Origin: Eledone cirrhosa
Lineage: Eukaryota
Direction: 5' to 3'
Assembly (NCBI GenBank): GCA_964016885.1
Contig: OZ024758.1
Location: 15,686,001 to 15,750,000 of the forward strand
Length of the DNA: 64,000 bases
Shown here: positions 12,764-26,286 of the stretch, in pieces
How positions within the stretch are numbered: position 1 is the first letter of the stretch
How the letters are laid out: every line of letters begins with the position of its first letter
The notes under the pieces: model-generated
Told to the model about the DNA's origin: nothing
The model's input: only the letters and a program-made list of their open reading frames with translations
The model's database searches: none
Program-made: the position numbers and the translations under genes

Positions 12764-13699
12764 TTAAATCATACCTTTAAAAAAAAAAAAAATAAATAAA
12801 TAAATAAATAAAATAAAAAAAAAAATAAATAAATAAAAAAAATCACTGGGAACTTTATTTTAATTAGAATTTCAAATATGTTAAATTATTCAAATTGAAA
12901 TTAAAAAAAAACAAAATAAAAAAAAAAACCCCCAAAACGATATTTCAAATTCAGTTCAAGTGATCAGAAAAATTGTAACGAACAAGCCATCAATTTTAGT
13001 CACATTTAAAAAAAATTTCAATTAACCTCAAACATGCCGTCGGCAACATAATGCACCATAGAGTAATCTCCTCTTAAATAATGCAGTGCCAAGGGAAACA
13101 ACTCACAAAATTTATTAGCATGTTAAAGGTTAAAATAGAACTTGCTTGTTCTGTCAAGAGTTTCTCAGATTTGTAAAAGCAGTTTGTGTTTTTTTTTTTT
13201 TGTTTTTTTTTTCAGTTCAGTGAAAGACAGTAGGTATATAGAAGAGAAGATAAATGGAATGTATGATTTGCAATAGTGGAATAAAAATTAAAAATGGATG
13301 GAAGTGATAAATATAAGACTGCAAGGAGGCCTTTTTTTATTTATTTTATTTATTATTACACTGAGCATTGTTAATCTATTTTGAAAATAGAAATAAAAAA
13401 AAATATGTTACCAGATAATCTGCAAATATTTCTAGCCCATATCTTTATAGCAAAAAAGAGTAGATATTAAAGTAGCTATTTAAAAAAAATAGCTTTTAGG
13501 CTGCCATTACAGTTTGGGGGTGGGTAAACATCATATCCATTCATGTTTAGTGTGTGTGGAGGGGAGAGGGGTGTTAAAAATTATTTGTTTTTATCTTGAG
13601 CAAAGTTTACGCTAATCAAAAGAATGTGAATATGGGACAGTAGATATCAATTTACATCTGCTTATCATAAATTGGAGGGTATATGTATACACACATATA

Positions 13700-14052
13700 T
13701 ACATGATGGCTGTAAACTCTGCTAAGAGTATTGCAATCACTTGTCAGATTACAGAAAATGGTGCACTTTTAGGCTACAGCCAGCCACACAAACCTGGAAC
13801 AGATCCTGAACAAGCAATGCCTGTGCTTTGAAGGTTTTTTTTAAGTGGAGAAAGGTCTTGCATTCGACCAATTCCACTCTGAGCATCGAAAACGCTATCC
13901 AAAAAAGGAGAACTGGTCAACATCATCGGATGCTTCCAAAGCCGCAGGGTTTTTGTTTCAAATTTTCCCTGTTGTGACAACTGGAGACCTTTCACTTCCA
14001 GGTAAAAATAGGGGGTTGGGGGGGTTTCGACAGAGTCAACGGCCATCCAAAT
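13700..14052. repeat. Interspersed repeat, closely similar to 45870-46230 (probably retroelement-derived)
   Basis: catgatggctgtaaactctgctaagagtattgc...catcatcggatgcttcc shared between the two loci. Confidence 0.75.
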
Positions 14053-14710
14053 AGTAAATACATACATATAAACAATATACACAAACTAAAGTAAAAACCT
14101 TTCTATCTAAATACACTACCTGTTTAATGTCCACATTTTGTTTCTATATAGAAACATCAAATTTTTTATGATTTGTTATATAACATTTAAAATTACATTG
14201 TTATATGCAAGGAGGAGTATTCAATTTATGAATTTATCGAGTATATAAATAGCTGTAATTATATATATTTGGTAATTGTGAAACAATGGAATAATTTTTC
14301 TCTGCTTAAGGAAAATGTAAAAACTACATATTGCTTTTAATTAGATTTTCTTGTTGAAAAATAGTAGTAAATAATTATTATGAAAGGGTTCGATGTTAAG
14401 AGATACTTGCTCAAAAGAACGAATACAAATGTCCAACTCGTCGAATCAGTTAGACCCATGCCAGTTCAGGAGACCAGAGTGTTGCATGTTGTTCGGGATT
14501 GCCCCACTCTGACGTTTTCCACAGCGGCAATCCCATAATACAACAAATGATGCCCCAGTCTGGCTCACCAATATCGATCTGTCTCTTTAACCATTGTGCA
14601 TATGTCATACGACGTGAAGAAGATAGAAAGATAAGATTTCCAACAACTGTAGGCAGTGTCCCAGCATGGCCGCAGCCTCTCCGCTCGAATGCAAATAAAG
14701 ATATATATAT

Positions 14711-15038
14711 ATATTGTTATACTTTGGTAGGGTCATGTTGCCAATAAGAAATACATGCACCAGTTGTTTTCACTTCAATTTATAATAAATTTATAAATTT
14801 AGGAATTTATAAATTTCCGGTTGGTTGGTTGGCTCCACAACCAGATGGTTGTTTATATATTGTCAAAGTTCTTTCGTCACACATTCTGTGACCTCTTCAG
14901 TGACTGGGGGGGGGGGGGGGTTCTTTTCTTTGTGGAACCAACCGGAAATTTATAAATTTATTATAATAAATTTAAGTGAAAGCAACTGGTGCGTGTGTTT
15001 CTTATTGGCAACATGACCCTCCCAAAGTATAACAATAT
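14711..15038. repeat. Fold-back element (~110-130-bp arms) with hammerhead in spacer
   Basis: atattgttatactttgg...ccacaa / ttgtgg...ccaaagtataacaatat. Confidence 0.85.
14862..14904 (-). ncRNA. Minimal type-I hammerhead ribozyme
   Basis: Reverse complement reads GTCA-CTGAAGA-G-GTCACA gaatg TGTGAC-GAAA-GAAC-TT^TGAC. Confidence 0.62.
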
Positions 15039-15937
15039 CGGTTTCAACACACGTTTTCAGATAAAGAATCTTGCTAAACAAATTCAGAAACGAAATATAT
15101 ATATATATATATATATATATAAAGGAGGAATTTGTAGTTTACTTGAATAAATGTATGTAAGGGATTTTAGTAACTAAAAGCAATAAAACTGGAATAAACA
15201 TTCTCCCCTTAAAACTGTTTTGAGATTTAAAATTATCTAAGTAGTAGAGGAAAAGAAAAAAAAAGGAAAATTGAAATAAAGGCTTTTCCAAAATTATGAG
15301 AAAAATAATACAGGTTACCCCAGGCATTTGCTGTCCCAGTTATTCACAGAATTTTCCTCAGAACCTAACTAATAATTGTTCGTGGAAACCACTGTATATT
15401 TGTAGAATCGTAAATATCTTCTGCGATTTTTTAACAAACTTTTTCATGCTTTTATACACTAAATTATTAACAATATACCGTATTTGCCAGACTATATTTT
15501 ACATTGTTTTGACATGTATAGGCATTTTTGTGGACCACGTCCAATATTCGCAGTTTTTTCACTCTTCATGGGTACTCCAGTAACGTAATCCCCGTGAATA
15601 ACGAAGGACAACTGTATACTATTAACCGCTTGCACAGTCTTCAGCATTTTAACAAAATGGCTGTATAATGCAGAACAGTGACAAAGAAACACACAATAAC
15701 TAAGGAAGCAGCTAAGTGAATTTTGGTATTAACCTTCTGGGCCCTCTAAATGCCTTATGTTGCCGATTGAGTAATCTACCCTTAATACATAATTTAGTGT
15801 AAAGGGAAAGAATTCATAAAAAATTTCAGCATGCTAAAGATTAAAATGACACTGTTGGACATAGATTCAGGTGAAATCAATTGAAATTATTTAAATATCT
15901 GTATGAATAAATGCATATTTAAGAGCCTCTCTTTTAA

Positions 15938-16145
15938 CCCTTTAGCATTTAAACCAGCCATATCCAGCCAGAATTCTCACCTTTTTCTGTTCAAACTGGC
16001 CACCCATACTGATGTTAGGGTATTGTTCTCAAAATAAATAACATCAAAATCTCTTCGATTCCATATTATGTGAAATAATTATATAAGGTAAAGCCTTTAT
16101 GTGAAAATACAATAGTAAATATAGAATAATGTAAATGCTAAAAGA
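15938..16145. mobile_element. TTAA MITE copy
   Basis: Same TIRs, TTAA flanks. Confidence 0.8.
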
Positions 16146-16503
16146 TTAATATTCATTTTTTTTTCCCCCTTCATGCAAATACCAAAATTTACAATGGTTC
16201 TAGAAAGACGTATATTTTAAGAAATTAGAATGGCAAATGTTTTATAATTAGATGTATTTCCTGAAATGATTCATTAAAGAAGAAACATTACTAATTTCCT
16301 CCCATATACTGACCTGAAGGGGGTGTAATGCGCCCAACTTAGGGAAAGAAGTATATTTAATGTCTGAAATTGCACCCATACACCTTTTTTTATACGAGTA
16401 CTTCAGTACATTAACCGTTCATTCGGTCACTGTATCTTTCTTTCTTTCTCATAAATATAAAAAATAAGGCACAAAATGTTAACTATGCGAACTGTATGAA
16501 GAG

Positions 16504-16910
16504 TTTGAGCATGGACTGTGCCAACAGATTGCACCACGATGTACACGATATTTGAGCATAGACTGTGCCAACAGATTGCACTACGATGATGTACATGATA
16601 TTTGAGCATAGACTGTGCCAACAGATTGCACTACGATGATGTACATGATATTTGAGCATAGACTGTGCCAACAGATTGCACCATGATGATGTACATGATA
16701 TTTGAGCATGGTCTGTGCCAATAGATTGCACCACAATGTACACGATATTTGAGCATGGTCTGTGCCAATAGATTACACCATGGTGATGTACACAATATTT
16801 GAGCATAAACTGTGCCAACAGAGTGCACCACAATGATGTACACGATATTTGGGCATGGTCGGTACCAACAGATTGCACCACGGTGATGTACACGATATTT
16901 GAGCATAGAC
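16504..16910. repeat. 50-bp minisatellite, ~8 copies
   Basis: Unit tttgagcatagactgtgccaacagattgcactacgatgatgtacatgata. Confidence 0.9.
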
Positions 16911-16927
16911 GATGATGGCTAGATTAA

Positions 16928-17086
16928 CCCTTTAGCATTTCAACCGGCTGTAACTGGCTGCTCATATTGACGCTAAGGTATTGTTCTTAAAATAAATATC
17001 AAAATCTCAGATTCGATATTATGTAAGATAAAGCCTTTACCATAAAAATACCATAGTATATATAGAGTAATGTAAATGCGAAAGAG
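16928..17086. mobile_element. TTAA MITE copy
   Basis: Same TIRs, TTAA flanks. Confidence 0.8.
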
Positions 17087-17128
17087 TTAATGAGCAGAAA
17101 TATTGGAACATAACATGGAAGGGAGGGA

Positions 17129-17164
<36 letters not shown>

Positions 17165-17632
17165 GGACATTAATTCACACATGTCAAGAAATAGAAATTA
17201 CTTGGTAGCAATTTAATTTTTAAATTGAAGTCTTAATTTTCATTCCTCAAAACTTAAAAGGTCAATCTCACTATTATGCTTTAAAAAAAAGGACACAAAC
17301 ATGTCCCATTTTATTTTTTATTTATTTTTTTTATTACAGAAATGGGGAGACATTGTTTTTAATCTTTTGCCCTTCCCATCTCCAGTGACAAAATAGTCTT
17401 TAAAATAGTATATAATACAGAGCAATGAAATATCTAGTCATAAGTGCAGAACTATAAGAAAATGCTTTTAAAAAATAGTTATGGGCCTCTTCACAATGTT
17501 ATTTGGTAAAATTGTTTCATTATTTACACAAAAAAAAAAAAAAATTATTCTTATTCTCATATTTGTGACTTCACAAATATGAGAAGAATAATTTTTAGAG
17601 CAAAGAGGAAAAGGGGTGAACATGACTGATGT

Positions 17633-17998
17633 AATAATGGTTTCTACATTAGGCACAAGGCCAGTAATTTTTTTTGGGGGGAGGGGGGGGGGGTCGATTA
17701 AATTGACCTCTAAAAGGATAAACAGTAAAGCTAACCTTGTCAAGATTTGAACTCAGATTGTAAAGGCCGCAACTATGCTATACAGCATGTTGTCTGACGC
17801 TCTACCGATACTGCCAATCCCCTGATTGATGTAATAATAATGGTTTCTACTTTTGGCACAAGGCCAGCAATTACCCAGTGCCCTACTGGTCCTTTATTTT
17901 ATTGACCCTGTAAGGATGAAAGGCAAAGTTAACCATGGCCGGATTTGAACTCAGAACGCAAAGGGCCATAACTATGCTGCAAAACGGTGTCTGACGCT
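17633..17998 (-). mobile_element. Two tandem SINE family A copies just downstream of the TRIM stop
   Basis: Reverse-complement family A core and head motifs. Confidence 0.75.
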
Positions 17999-18190
17999 AA
18001 TAGCAACAGTTTCAAGTTCAAACCAGCAACTGTGACTAAAGGGAGACAACTTCTAGTGATATATCTACAAGTAATGTTCACACTTGAAACAGTAAAAATA
18101 AAATTACAAGTGTATTTGCAGAAAACTCAAGACTCAACGTAGTAGATTATTAACTAAACAATTAAAATAATTTGAGATCTACTGTAAACT

Positions 18191-19671
18191 CTAACCAAAA
18201 AATTTCAATAGACCAGGAATTTCAATAACGAACAATTGACCTGCAGAGTTAAAAGCCATTGAAACCGGTTGCTCAATTTCATCCTCGTTTGAAAGAAAGA
18301 TACTATCAAATGTCATATCAGGTGTAAATTTATAAATTCTATTGCTGTCTTTGTCTGCTAAATAGATAAAACCTTCTGCATCTAGGGTAACACCTAAAGG
18401 ACACTGTAATTGGTTGATGCCATAATCACCAACAAAGACTGAAGAAACTCTACCAGATTTATCACAACAGAATAAGCTTTTCTTTTTCCAATCCGATATT
18501 ATAAATTTTTGACGAAAACTGATGGCTATATATTCAGGCTCGCAAAACAATGGTCTACGTTCGTTTTCGTATCCCATTGTTTTGATCAGTACTCCATCAT
18601 ATAAGATATCTATAACAGGGGGATTAGACGAACAGCATACGAGAGTCATTTTAGATGCATCATAAGCTACAGCCCAATATGCCTTCAAAACGCTGATTTG
18701 TTTTATAAGGCTCATCGTTTCTGAAACAAAAGCAATCTTCAATGTATCTGGAAGTGTAACAACTATTTCAGACTGACTAGCAATATAATCGATTCCGTAG
18801 GGGCCAGACATCAGCTCACAGCAAGTTAAATAGTCATCTTTTGAAAACATTTTCAGCTTCCTGTTTGTGTAATCACTGACTACAACAGAATCCCGTGCGG
18901 TTACACATATACCAGTCAGATGAACACTTAGTTCAGAATCCATTAAAAGATTGGTGCTGTACCTAAAAGACAATCGACGTGTACTTGAAGGCTTTCTTGT
19001 TGGAGATAATACCATATTGGTGAAATTTTCAGACTGTGTAGAAGATGACTTGGTAGTAAGCATACCAAGACTTGAAAAATGGCGAAGCAGATCACACACA
19101 GCAGCCCCTGGTTCAAAATGCATATCAGAAATTTGGATATTCTCCAACTTAAGTTTTATTTGTCTATGCTGTGAGGTGTTTTTCGTCATAAAGTTGGAAA
19201 CGTCATCCCAAATTTTTAGGAATTCTCTCTCTTGGGAATTCTTCACCGATAAGGCACTATTTATCACCTCGACCTTAGTGTTTAACATCTCAATACTATT
19301 ATCACAATCGTCCAGTATTTTCTCCAATAAATTTACTTTAACCAAGGAGTTACTGTGTATCTGATCGATAAGCTTTCCTTCCTGCTCCATAAGGAGCTTG
19401 TTGATACGAGTCCGGATTAATTGAATCCCTTGCTGGAGATTGTCACAGTTGCTTTTGTTCTTGTCCAGTTTCTTTGTGACCAGTTCTCGCAGATAATTTA
19501 TATTGTCCTTTTGGAGACTCAAGATGGAGTTGTAAACTTGTCCTAACTGTTGTTTATTTTCAACAGCTAATTTCAGGGAATAGACTTTGTCACAAAATGT
19601 ATGGTCCATGTGTGCACATTTATCACAGCAAAATGCACTACATTTTAAGCAGTACAAATTTTGAGGTTTAT
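18191..19671 (-). CDS. TRIM-NHL E3 ligase, coding exon 2 (rest of B-box2, coiled coil, NHL beta-propeller)
   Basis: Polypyrimidine + TTTCAG acceptor at 19672. G+AT gives D and rebuilds B-box2 CPKHPDKPQNLYCLKCSAFCCDKCAHMDH. Heptad-rich coiled coil follows, then NHL repeats (GICVT..VVVSD, PEYIAIS..FIISD, PLGVTLDAEGFIYLADKDSNRI). TAG stop at 18191. Confidence 0.92.
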
Positions 19672-19799
19672 CTGAAATTAAAAAAGAATATATATTAATA
19701 CAAATATTTAACATGTGCAGTGCAGGGAAAGAAAATGCATGCAGAGTACACAAATTTTTAATTTTATCTGAAGAAATTAAAAAAAAATATATATATCAA

Positions 19800-19988
19800 C
19801 CCTTTAGCATTTACATTACTCTACATATACTATTGTATTTTCATGGTAAAGGCTTTACCTCACATATTGAATCTACGAGATTGATATTTATTTTGAGAAC
19901 AATACTTAACATCAGTATGAATGGCCAGTTTGAACAGAAAGAAGTGAGAGAATTCTGGCCGGATACAACCGGTTTAAATACTAAAGGG
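19800..19988. mobile_element. TTAA MITE copy (reverse orientation)
   Basis: Reverse complement of the family consensus. Confidence 0.8.
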
Positions 19989-20417
19989 TTAATACAAATA
20001 TTGAACATATACAGTGTAGAGAAAGAAAATTACTGCACAGTGCACTGATGCATATATGTATACATGTGCATGTATACATATATATGTCAGCATTTACACT
20101 TTTGTGCCATTATTTATTGTCCTCCCCAAAACAGAAGATTGACAGAATCAGTAGAGCGTCAGGTAGTATGATTTGTGGCATATAGTTACAACCCCTTACG
20201 TTCTGAATTCAAATTCCACCCAGGTTAGCTTTGCCATTCATCCTTACAGTGCATCACTTACAGTGCATTACTGGTACTTTATTTTATCGACCCCGTAAGG
20301 ATGAAAGGCAAAGTTAACCTTGGCGGGATTTGAACTCAGACCATAAAGGGCCGTAACTGTTTGCTTGCAAAGCATAGGTTCCGACCCTCTACTGATTAAT
20401 AATACAAGTGTGTTTAA

Positions 20418-20612
20418 CTCATTAGCATTTAAACCAGCCGTATGTGACCAGAATTCTTTCACTTCTTTCTGTTCAAACTGCCCATTCATACTGATGTTAA
20501 GGTACTGTTCTCAAAATAAATATCAAAATCTCGTAGATTCAATATTATGTGAGGTAAAGCGTTTACTGTGAAAATACAATAGTAAATATAGAGTAATTTA
20601 GATGCTAAAGTG
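20418..20612. mobile_element. TTAA MITE copy (forward orientation)
   Basis: Family consensus, TTAA flanks. Confidence 0.8.
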
Positions 20613-20809
20613 TTAAAACTAATTTAACAGGTTTGATGTACTACACTACACAACCCGGCCAGAATTCTTTTACCTTTTTCTGTTCAAACTGGCCACTCAT
20701 ACTGATGTTAAGGTATTGTTCTCAAAATAAATAACATGAAAATCTCGTAGATCTGATAATATGGGAGATAAAACCTTCACCACAAAAATACGATAGTATA
20801 TATAGAGTA

Positions 20810-21139
20810 ATCATCATCATCATCATCATTTCATTTTACGTCCGCTTTTTCCCTGCTTGCAAGGGTGGGACGGAAACTGATTCTGGCTTGATTTCTACAG
20901 CTGGATGCCCTTCCTAACACCAACCTCATTTACAGTGAGTGCTGGGTGCTTTTTTGTCGTGGCACCTCCACAACCACTTTGCAGTGGAATGATATGGACC
21001 CCAGTCCCTATCATCTCATTTCTACAGCTGAGTAAACTGGAGCAATGTGAAATAAAGTGTCTTGCTCAAGGAAACAACACATCACCCGGTCTGAGAATTG
21101 AACTCACAACCTTCCGATTGCAAGGCCATGTGCCTCCAT
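20810..21139 (-). mobile_element. SINE family B copy
   Basis: Reverse complement of 59425-59766 with (CAT)n tail. Confidence 0.8.
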
Positions 21140-21194
21140 AAAAAAAAATTAAAAAAAGTGTGTCCATGAAACGTATACATATACACCAGGTCCG

Positions 21195-21310
21195 AACACA
21201 AAGGAACCAAACTCCCACTGTCACCGTCTCTCCCGCTCTCCCCATCTCTCACCAGCAGACAGAATAGAGAAGGCGTTTCCCCACAGGATGAAGAGGGAGA
21301 CGTGCTGGAA
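21195..21310 (-). mobile_element. Degenerate CRE-like 3'-end fragment
   Basis: ccaaactcccactgtca...gaaggcgtttcccc shared with the 27995 and 43065 copies. Confidence 0.6.
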
Positions 21311-22129
21311 GAGACATTCCAGCAGCATCCAAGCCATACTTTATGTCCTAATCGAGAGCAGCATTGCGTGGAAGGTGGCTACCGCTGTAGCAACAGGAAA
21401 GCAGGTAGAGGCCGAAAGAGTCTGTGGTGGATCCGCAGCGACATTTCCAGTCATAAATTAGATTTGGTAAAATATCAAGCTTGGGATTGTATTGTATTAG
21501 CCATCTCCCATTCTAAACACAGAACAGACCATTAAGAAATACAATAGATCACAGGTTGTTAAGATATGTAGAAATTACAATCCAGAAGAGACAAGACACC
21601 TACTCTTTATTTCCAAATTCAAAACTACAAAACTAATATCTAATCATGTCTGAACATTCTTTCACTTCAAAGGAGTTTTCTCAAGCTGTAAGAGTTCCCA
21701 TTAGATACAGGTAATTAGGATTGATATAAAAATAACATCTAAATCCAAAAACAACATCTCTTGGCACTGATATAACTAGTATGAACAAAATAGATTACTA
21801 TTTCATAAATCTTAGAATAATTTAACCTTTTTGACACTAAACTGCCTTTGGAAAATAAGCAGATCCGTTTCATAGAATCAGTGTTTATATTTAGATAAGA
21901 AAACTTCCATCATAATTTTATGTAAGAATCAAGTTTTGTTCCAAACACCAGCTTAATAATGAAGTTATTCATAAAATTCTAAAGAACTGACAATTTCTGA
22001 ATCATCATCATTATCATTTTATCCCGCCGAGGTTAACTTTGCCTTTCATCCTTACGGGGTCGATAAAATAAAGTACCAGTAATGTACTGGGTAATTGCTG
22101 GCCTTGTGCCAATAATAGAAACAATTATT

Positions 22130-22460
22130 TTATGCGTGTTCCATGCTTGCATGGGTTAGATGGATCATTCTCAGCACAACATCTGCCCACCTGACACGTT
22201 CCTTCGTCATTTCCCCTGCAAGCTTTAGCGATCTGAGATCAGCTCTTACCACTTCCATCCGGGTCTTCCACCCACTGGGATTATTTGGCACTTCTTCACC
22301 CAGTGATCATCATCCATGCACATCACATGTCCATACCAATGCAGTCTCCTCTCCTGCACACTACTGATTTCTCATACTCAGTTTCTCCTACAGTTCATCT
22401 ACGCTTTATCATTCTTGCACAATACTGCACATCCATCAAAGCATGCTTGCCTCATTCCTC
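22130..22460 (-). mobile_element. RTE-clade LINE 3' fragment
   Basis: Reverse-complement homology to 915-1128 (ttcgtcat..agcgatctgagatcagctct). Confidence 0.65.
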
Positions 22461-22600
22461 TGCAGCTCCTGCACCCATGTCACTATCATGCAGCATGGGA
22501 CTTCACAGACAGGCATCATACAACTGGCCTTTCATTCAGACTGAATAATGAAACAAGAATTAATATGTTCAACAATGTCAGCTGAACACAACATATTTAA

Positions 22601-25600
22601 CCCTTTAGCATTCACATTACTCTATAGTTACTATTGTATTTTCACAGAAAAGGCTTTAGCTCACATAATTATAGAATCTATGAGATTTTGATATTTATTT
22701 TGAGAACAATACCTTCACGTCGGGGTGAGAGGCTGGTTATGACCGGTTTGAACAGAAAGATGAGAATTCTACCCGGATATGGTCCTTTTAAATGCTAAAG
22801 GAGGGGCTAAATTATATTTCTCTCTAAACAGTGTATGGTGTTCTACTTCTCCAGATCACATTAGAAAAAAGGTAAATTCTTAGAAAATAAATTCCAATCA
22901 ATGCTAAGTAAGTTAGAAGCTACTGTCAGGGTTTTCGTGTACTAAAGTTTCAGTCAGTTGAAAAAGAGATACAACATACAATGAATTTGGGAAGATAACT
23001 GCTAATTAAAACACCTCAATGGATTAACTTTCAAAGAATACACTACTAATGTCAGCTGTTATCTCTGCAAAGAATACAGCTTTGCTATGTGTTTAAGTAC
23101 AGCTGTGAAAAATACCACATGTATGCAGGAACTGATAATATACACTATTTCAAGACAAGATTCAAATGAAATTAAACAAACCAATTTAGAAAAAAATAGC
23201 CAATTGAATTAAGTAAACAAAATTATAACATTACTAACCAGTTTTTAATAATTTAACAAGTAATATATTCTTATAAAAGAATTCTAACTATTTCAATATA
23301 CATTTCTCTATTTACCTCTCTCTCTCCCTATCTACAGTACTTATCTATCACAAAAACACTCAGTCCACACTGTAAAGTGGTTGTGTAGGTGTCAACAAAA
23401 TCCAGCCAAAGAAATCTAGCTAGAAACTGTCCTATATGAGCAAGACATGGTCACATGACTCAACTTGCCTCTCATGAGACAAACCCCATCTAGAGTGGAA
23501 AATAGACATTAAACAATGATGAGATATATATCTATACATTTCCCTCAGTGTATAGCTTGAAATTTGAGAAACACTTCAGTTATAATTGTTTAGCTATAAA
23601 ATCAGTCCTGACTGAGGCTTCTTTGTTGACCTACATAGTAGCAGTCAAATAAATCGAGTAAAATATCTCAATAATTCAAGAAGACTTAACACAAAATGTA
23701 ATATAAACCACTCATTTCAGTTTTGGGCACAATGTGTTCAGTAAAATCCATCTGTGGACAGAAAAACTAATACAAAAATATTATGCAAGTACCACACTCA
23801 GCATAAATATTTTCAGTAACATTTCCATTGCAAACATTTTTTTTTAAAGGGAGCCTTTGGAAGAGGAAGGTCAAGAAAGACATGGGGACAAAGTCGTAAA
23901 GACTGGCTTTAAGAAGTAAATGACAAAAGAACCACAACCCTTTAGCATTTACATTACTCTATATTTTCTATTGTATTTCCATGGTAAAGGCTTTGTCTCA
24001 CAATTATCTCGCATAATATATTTTGAGAACAATACCTTAACAGCAGTATGAACGGCCGGTTACAGCCGGTTTGAACAGAAAGAGGTGCGAAAATTCTGAC
24101 TGGATACGGCCGGTTTAAATAATGGGTTAAACCTTTTCTGGCTAATGAACTACATTATTTCAATTAATTAATGAAGAATTTTGAGGGATTTACTAAAATT
24201 ATTGGTAGACCACATCCACAACCTCAATTGGTCTCGCTTGGGGATCCTGCTGGATTATTTGGTGACAGTTCTTTCTGATCAGACATTTAGGAAGGCATAT
24301 CTAAGGACTGTTCACCACGCCCCTCCCAGGAATAAGTGGGCCAAGAAAAAGAAAAAAATGTTGAGAGATTTACTAAAATTGATTATTTCAGCGCTAAAAT
24401 AATAACTAAACATATAGTTCTTTATTAAAATGATGTTGGTCGTGTGCCAGAATGCATCCAACCCATCCTTGGGATCAAGTAGCTCTACTTATCCTTTTAG
24501 CATTTAAACTGGCCTGTATCCGGCCAAAATGCTCACCTCTTTCTGTTTAAACCAGCCACAACTTGCCATTCATACTGATGTTAAGGTATTGTTCTCAAAA
24601 TAAATAACATACAAATCACATAGATTCAATATTATGTGAGGTAAAACCTTTACCATGAAAATACAATAGTATATACAGAGTAATGTAAATGCTAAAGGGT
24701 TATGGTAATTTTCCCTGCTAAAGCAGAGGTTAAATTTGCAGTTTCAACAGAAGAGATTTTAAAATATACAACTTATCTTTGTAAGCAGCTTCTTATCTTT
24801 CATAGATTTCGAGCTATTGTTCATGTAAAGAAATGCCAACCTAACCTTGTTAAATATACTAACATTTCATATATGAACAGCAATCTTTATAAACGATTTC
24901 ATAAGAGGAACTTCAAGCACTATGAATGCTACTGTCTCTATTGCTCTATGTCAACCCTTCGTTACCATATTTCAAATGAAATACACTATACAAGTTTTAA
25001 AATATGAAAAACATTGTTAGAATGTCCCAGGAAAGAATTGCTGGATAGATTTAATGACAAAATGAACTTAGTAATTCTGTCAATTTACTGTCTATCAACT
25101 GCTATCTTATTGACACAAAAAAAAAAAAAAATGAAAGCCAAAGTTGATTTCAGCAGGGTTTGAACTCAGAAGTACAGGGGGTGCTGGAACAAATACCAAA
25201 ATGTTTAACTCGACTCTCTGGTGACTCTGCTAATTCACTGAGTCATACACAATGCTTTGTGGTATCTGATCCAGCAATGAGGAAAAAGAAAGAAAAAAAT
25301 AGCAACTCAGAAATTTAGTATAAAAACAAAATTTTTTAATCTTTCACACTTTCATTATATGGTAAAAAACAAAAACAAAAAAAAAAAAACACCAATGTTC
25401 TTTTTTGTTTATATTTAAAAAATATATTTATAAACAGCAAATTCGGTAGTGTGAAATTCCAATTTCATTTTATGGCACAAGATAAATTTTGAATTAGTAA
25501 ACTAGAGAACAATTTAAACCCTTTAGCATTTACATTACTCTATATTTACTATTATTATATTTTCACGGTGAAGGCTTTACCTCACAATATAGAATCTATG

Positions 25601-26286
25601 AGATTTTGATATTTATTTTGAGAACAATACCTTAACATCAGTATGTCGGTTTTGGATGAAAGAGGTGAGAGAATTCTGGCTGGATATGGTCGGTTTAAAT
25701 ATTAAAGGGTTAATGAAAACTTGATAGCATTTTCCAACCAATGCTGATAGCTACAATTTTTAACATGTCAGTAAGAACCGGTAATAAACATAACTAGTGT
25801 TACGCATCATCATCACCACATGCACCAAACAACAACAAAATATTGAAATGAAAACAGGTGGTCAGTGTTAGGAAAGGCATCTAGTTATAGAAACTCTCCC
25901 TAGAAGTTTGAGCAGTTTGAATGGGACCACTCCTATCATGACGATTAGCCATCGCATGAAACTGCTGAGCCTCGTATAAATTATAGTAGTGTAGATTTGA
26001 TGTTTAAAAAATAATTAACCCATCAAACCCTATTTGGTATTAATTCAGAATATTTTAGCATTTTATATTTTATTTTTAAATGCTCTTTGCTAATATTAGC
26101 ATTTATATTACTCTATATTTACTATTGTATTTTCACAGTAAACACTTTATCTCACATAACAACGCATCTATGAGATGTTGATATTTATTTTGAGAACAAT
26201 ACCGTAACATAAGTATGAGTGGCCAGTTACAGCCTGATCGAACAGAAAGGGGCGAGAGAATTCTGGCTGGTTTAAAGACTAAAGAG
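22601..26286. mobile_element. Cluster of five TTAA MITE copies (~22601-22802, 23938-24126, 24493-24699, 25519-25709, 26096-26286)
   Basis: Same family in both orientations. Confidence 0.75.

Noticed and set aside
16427-16906. Cys/His-rich repetitive ORFs
   Set aside because: Translations of the 50-bp minisatellite.
19672-19753. N-terminal part of the 520-aa ORF, and C-terminal tail of the 227-aa ORF (39211-39302)
   Set aside because: Intronic read-through beyond the splice sites that rebuild B-box2.
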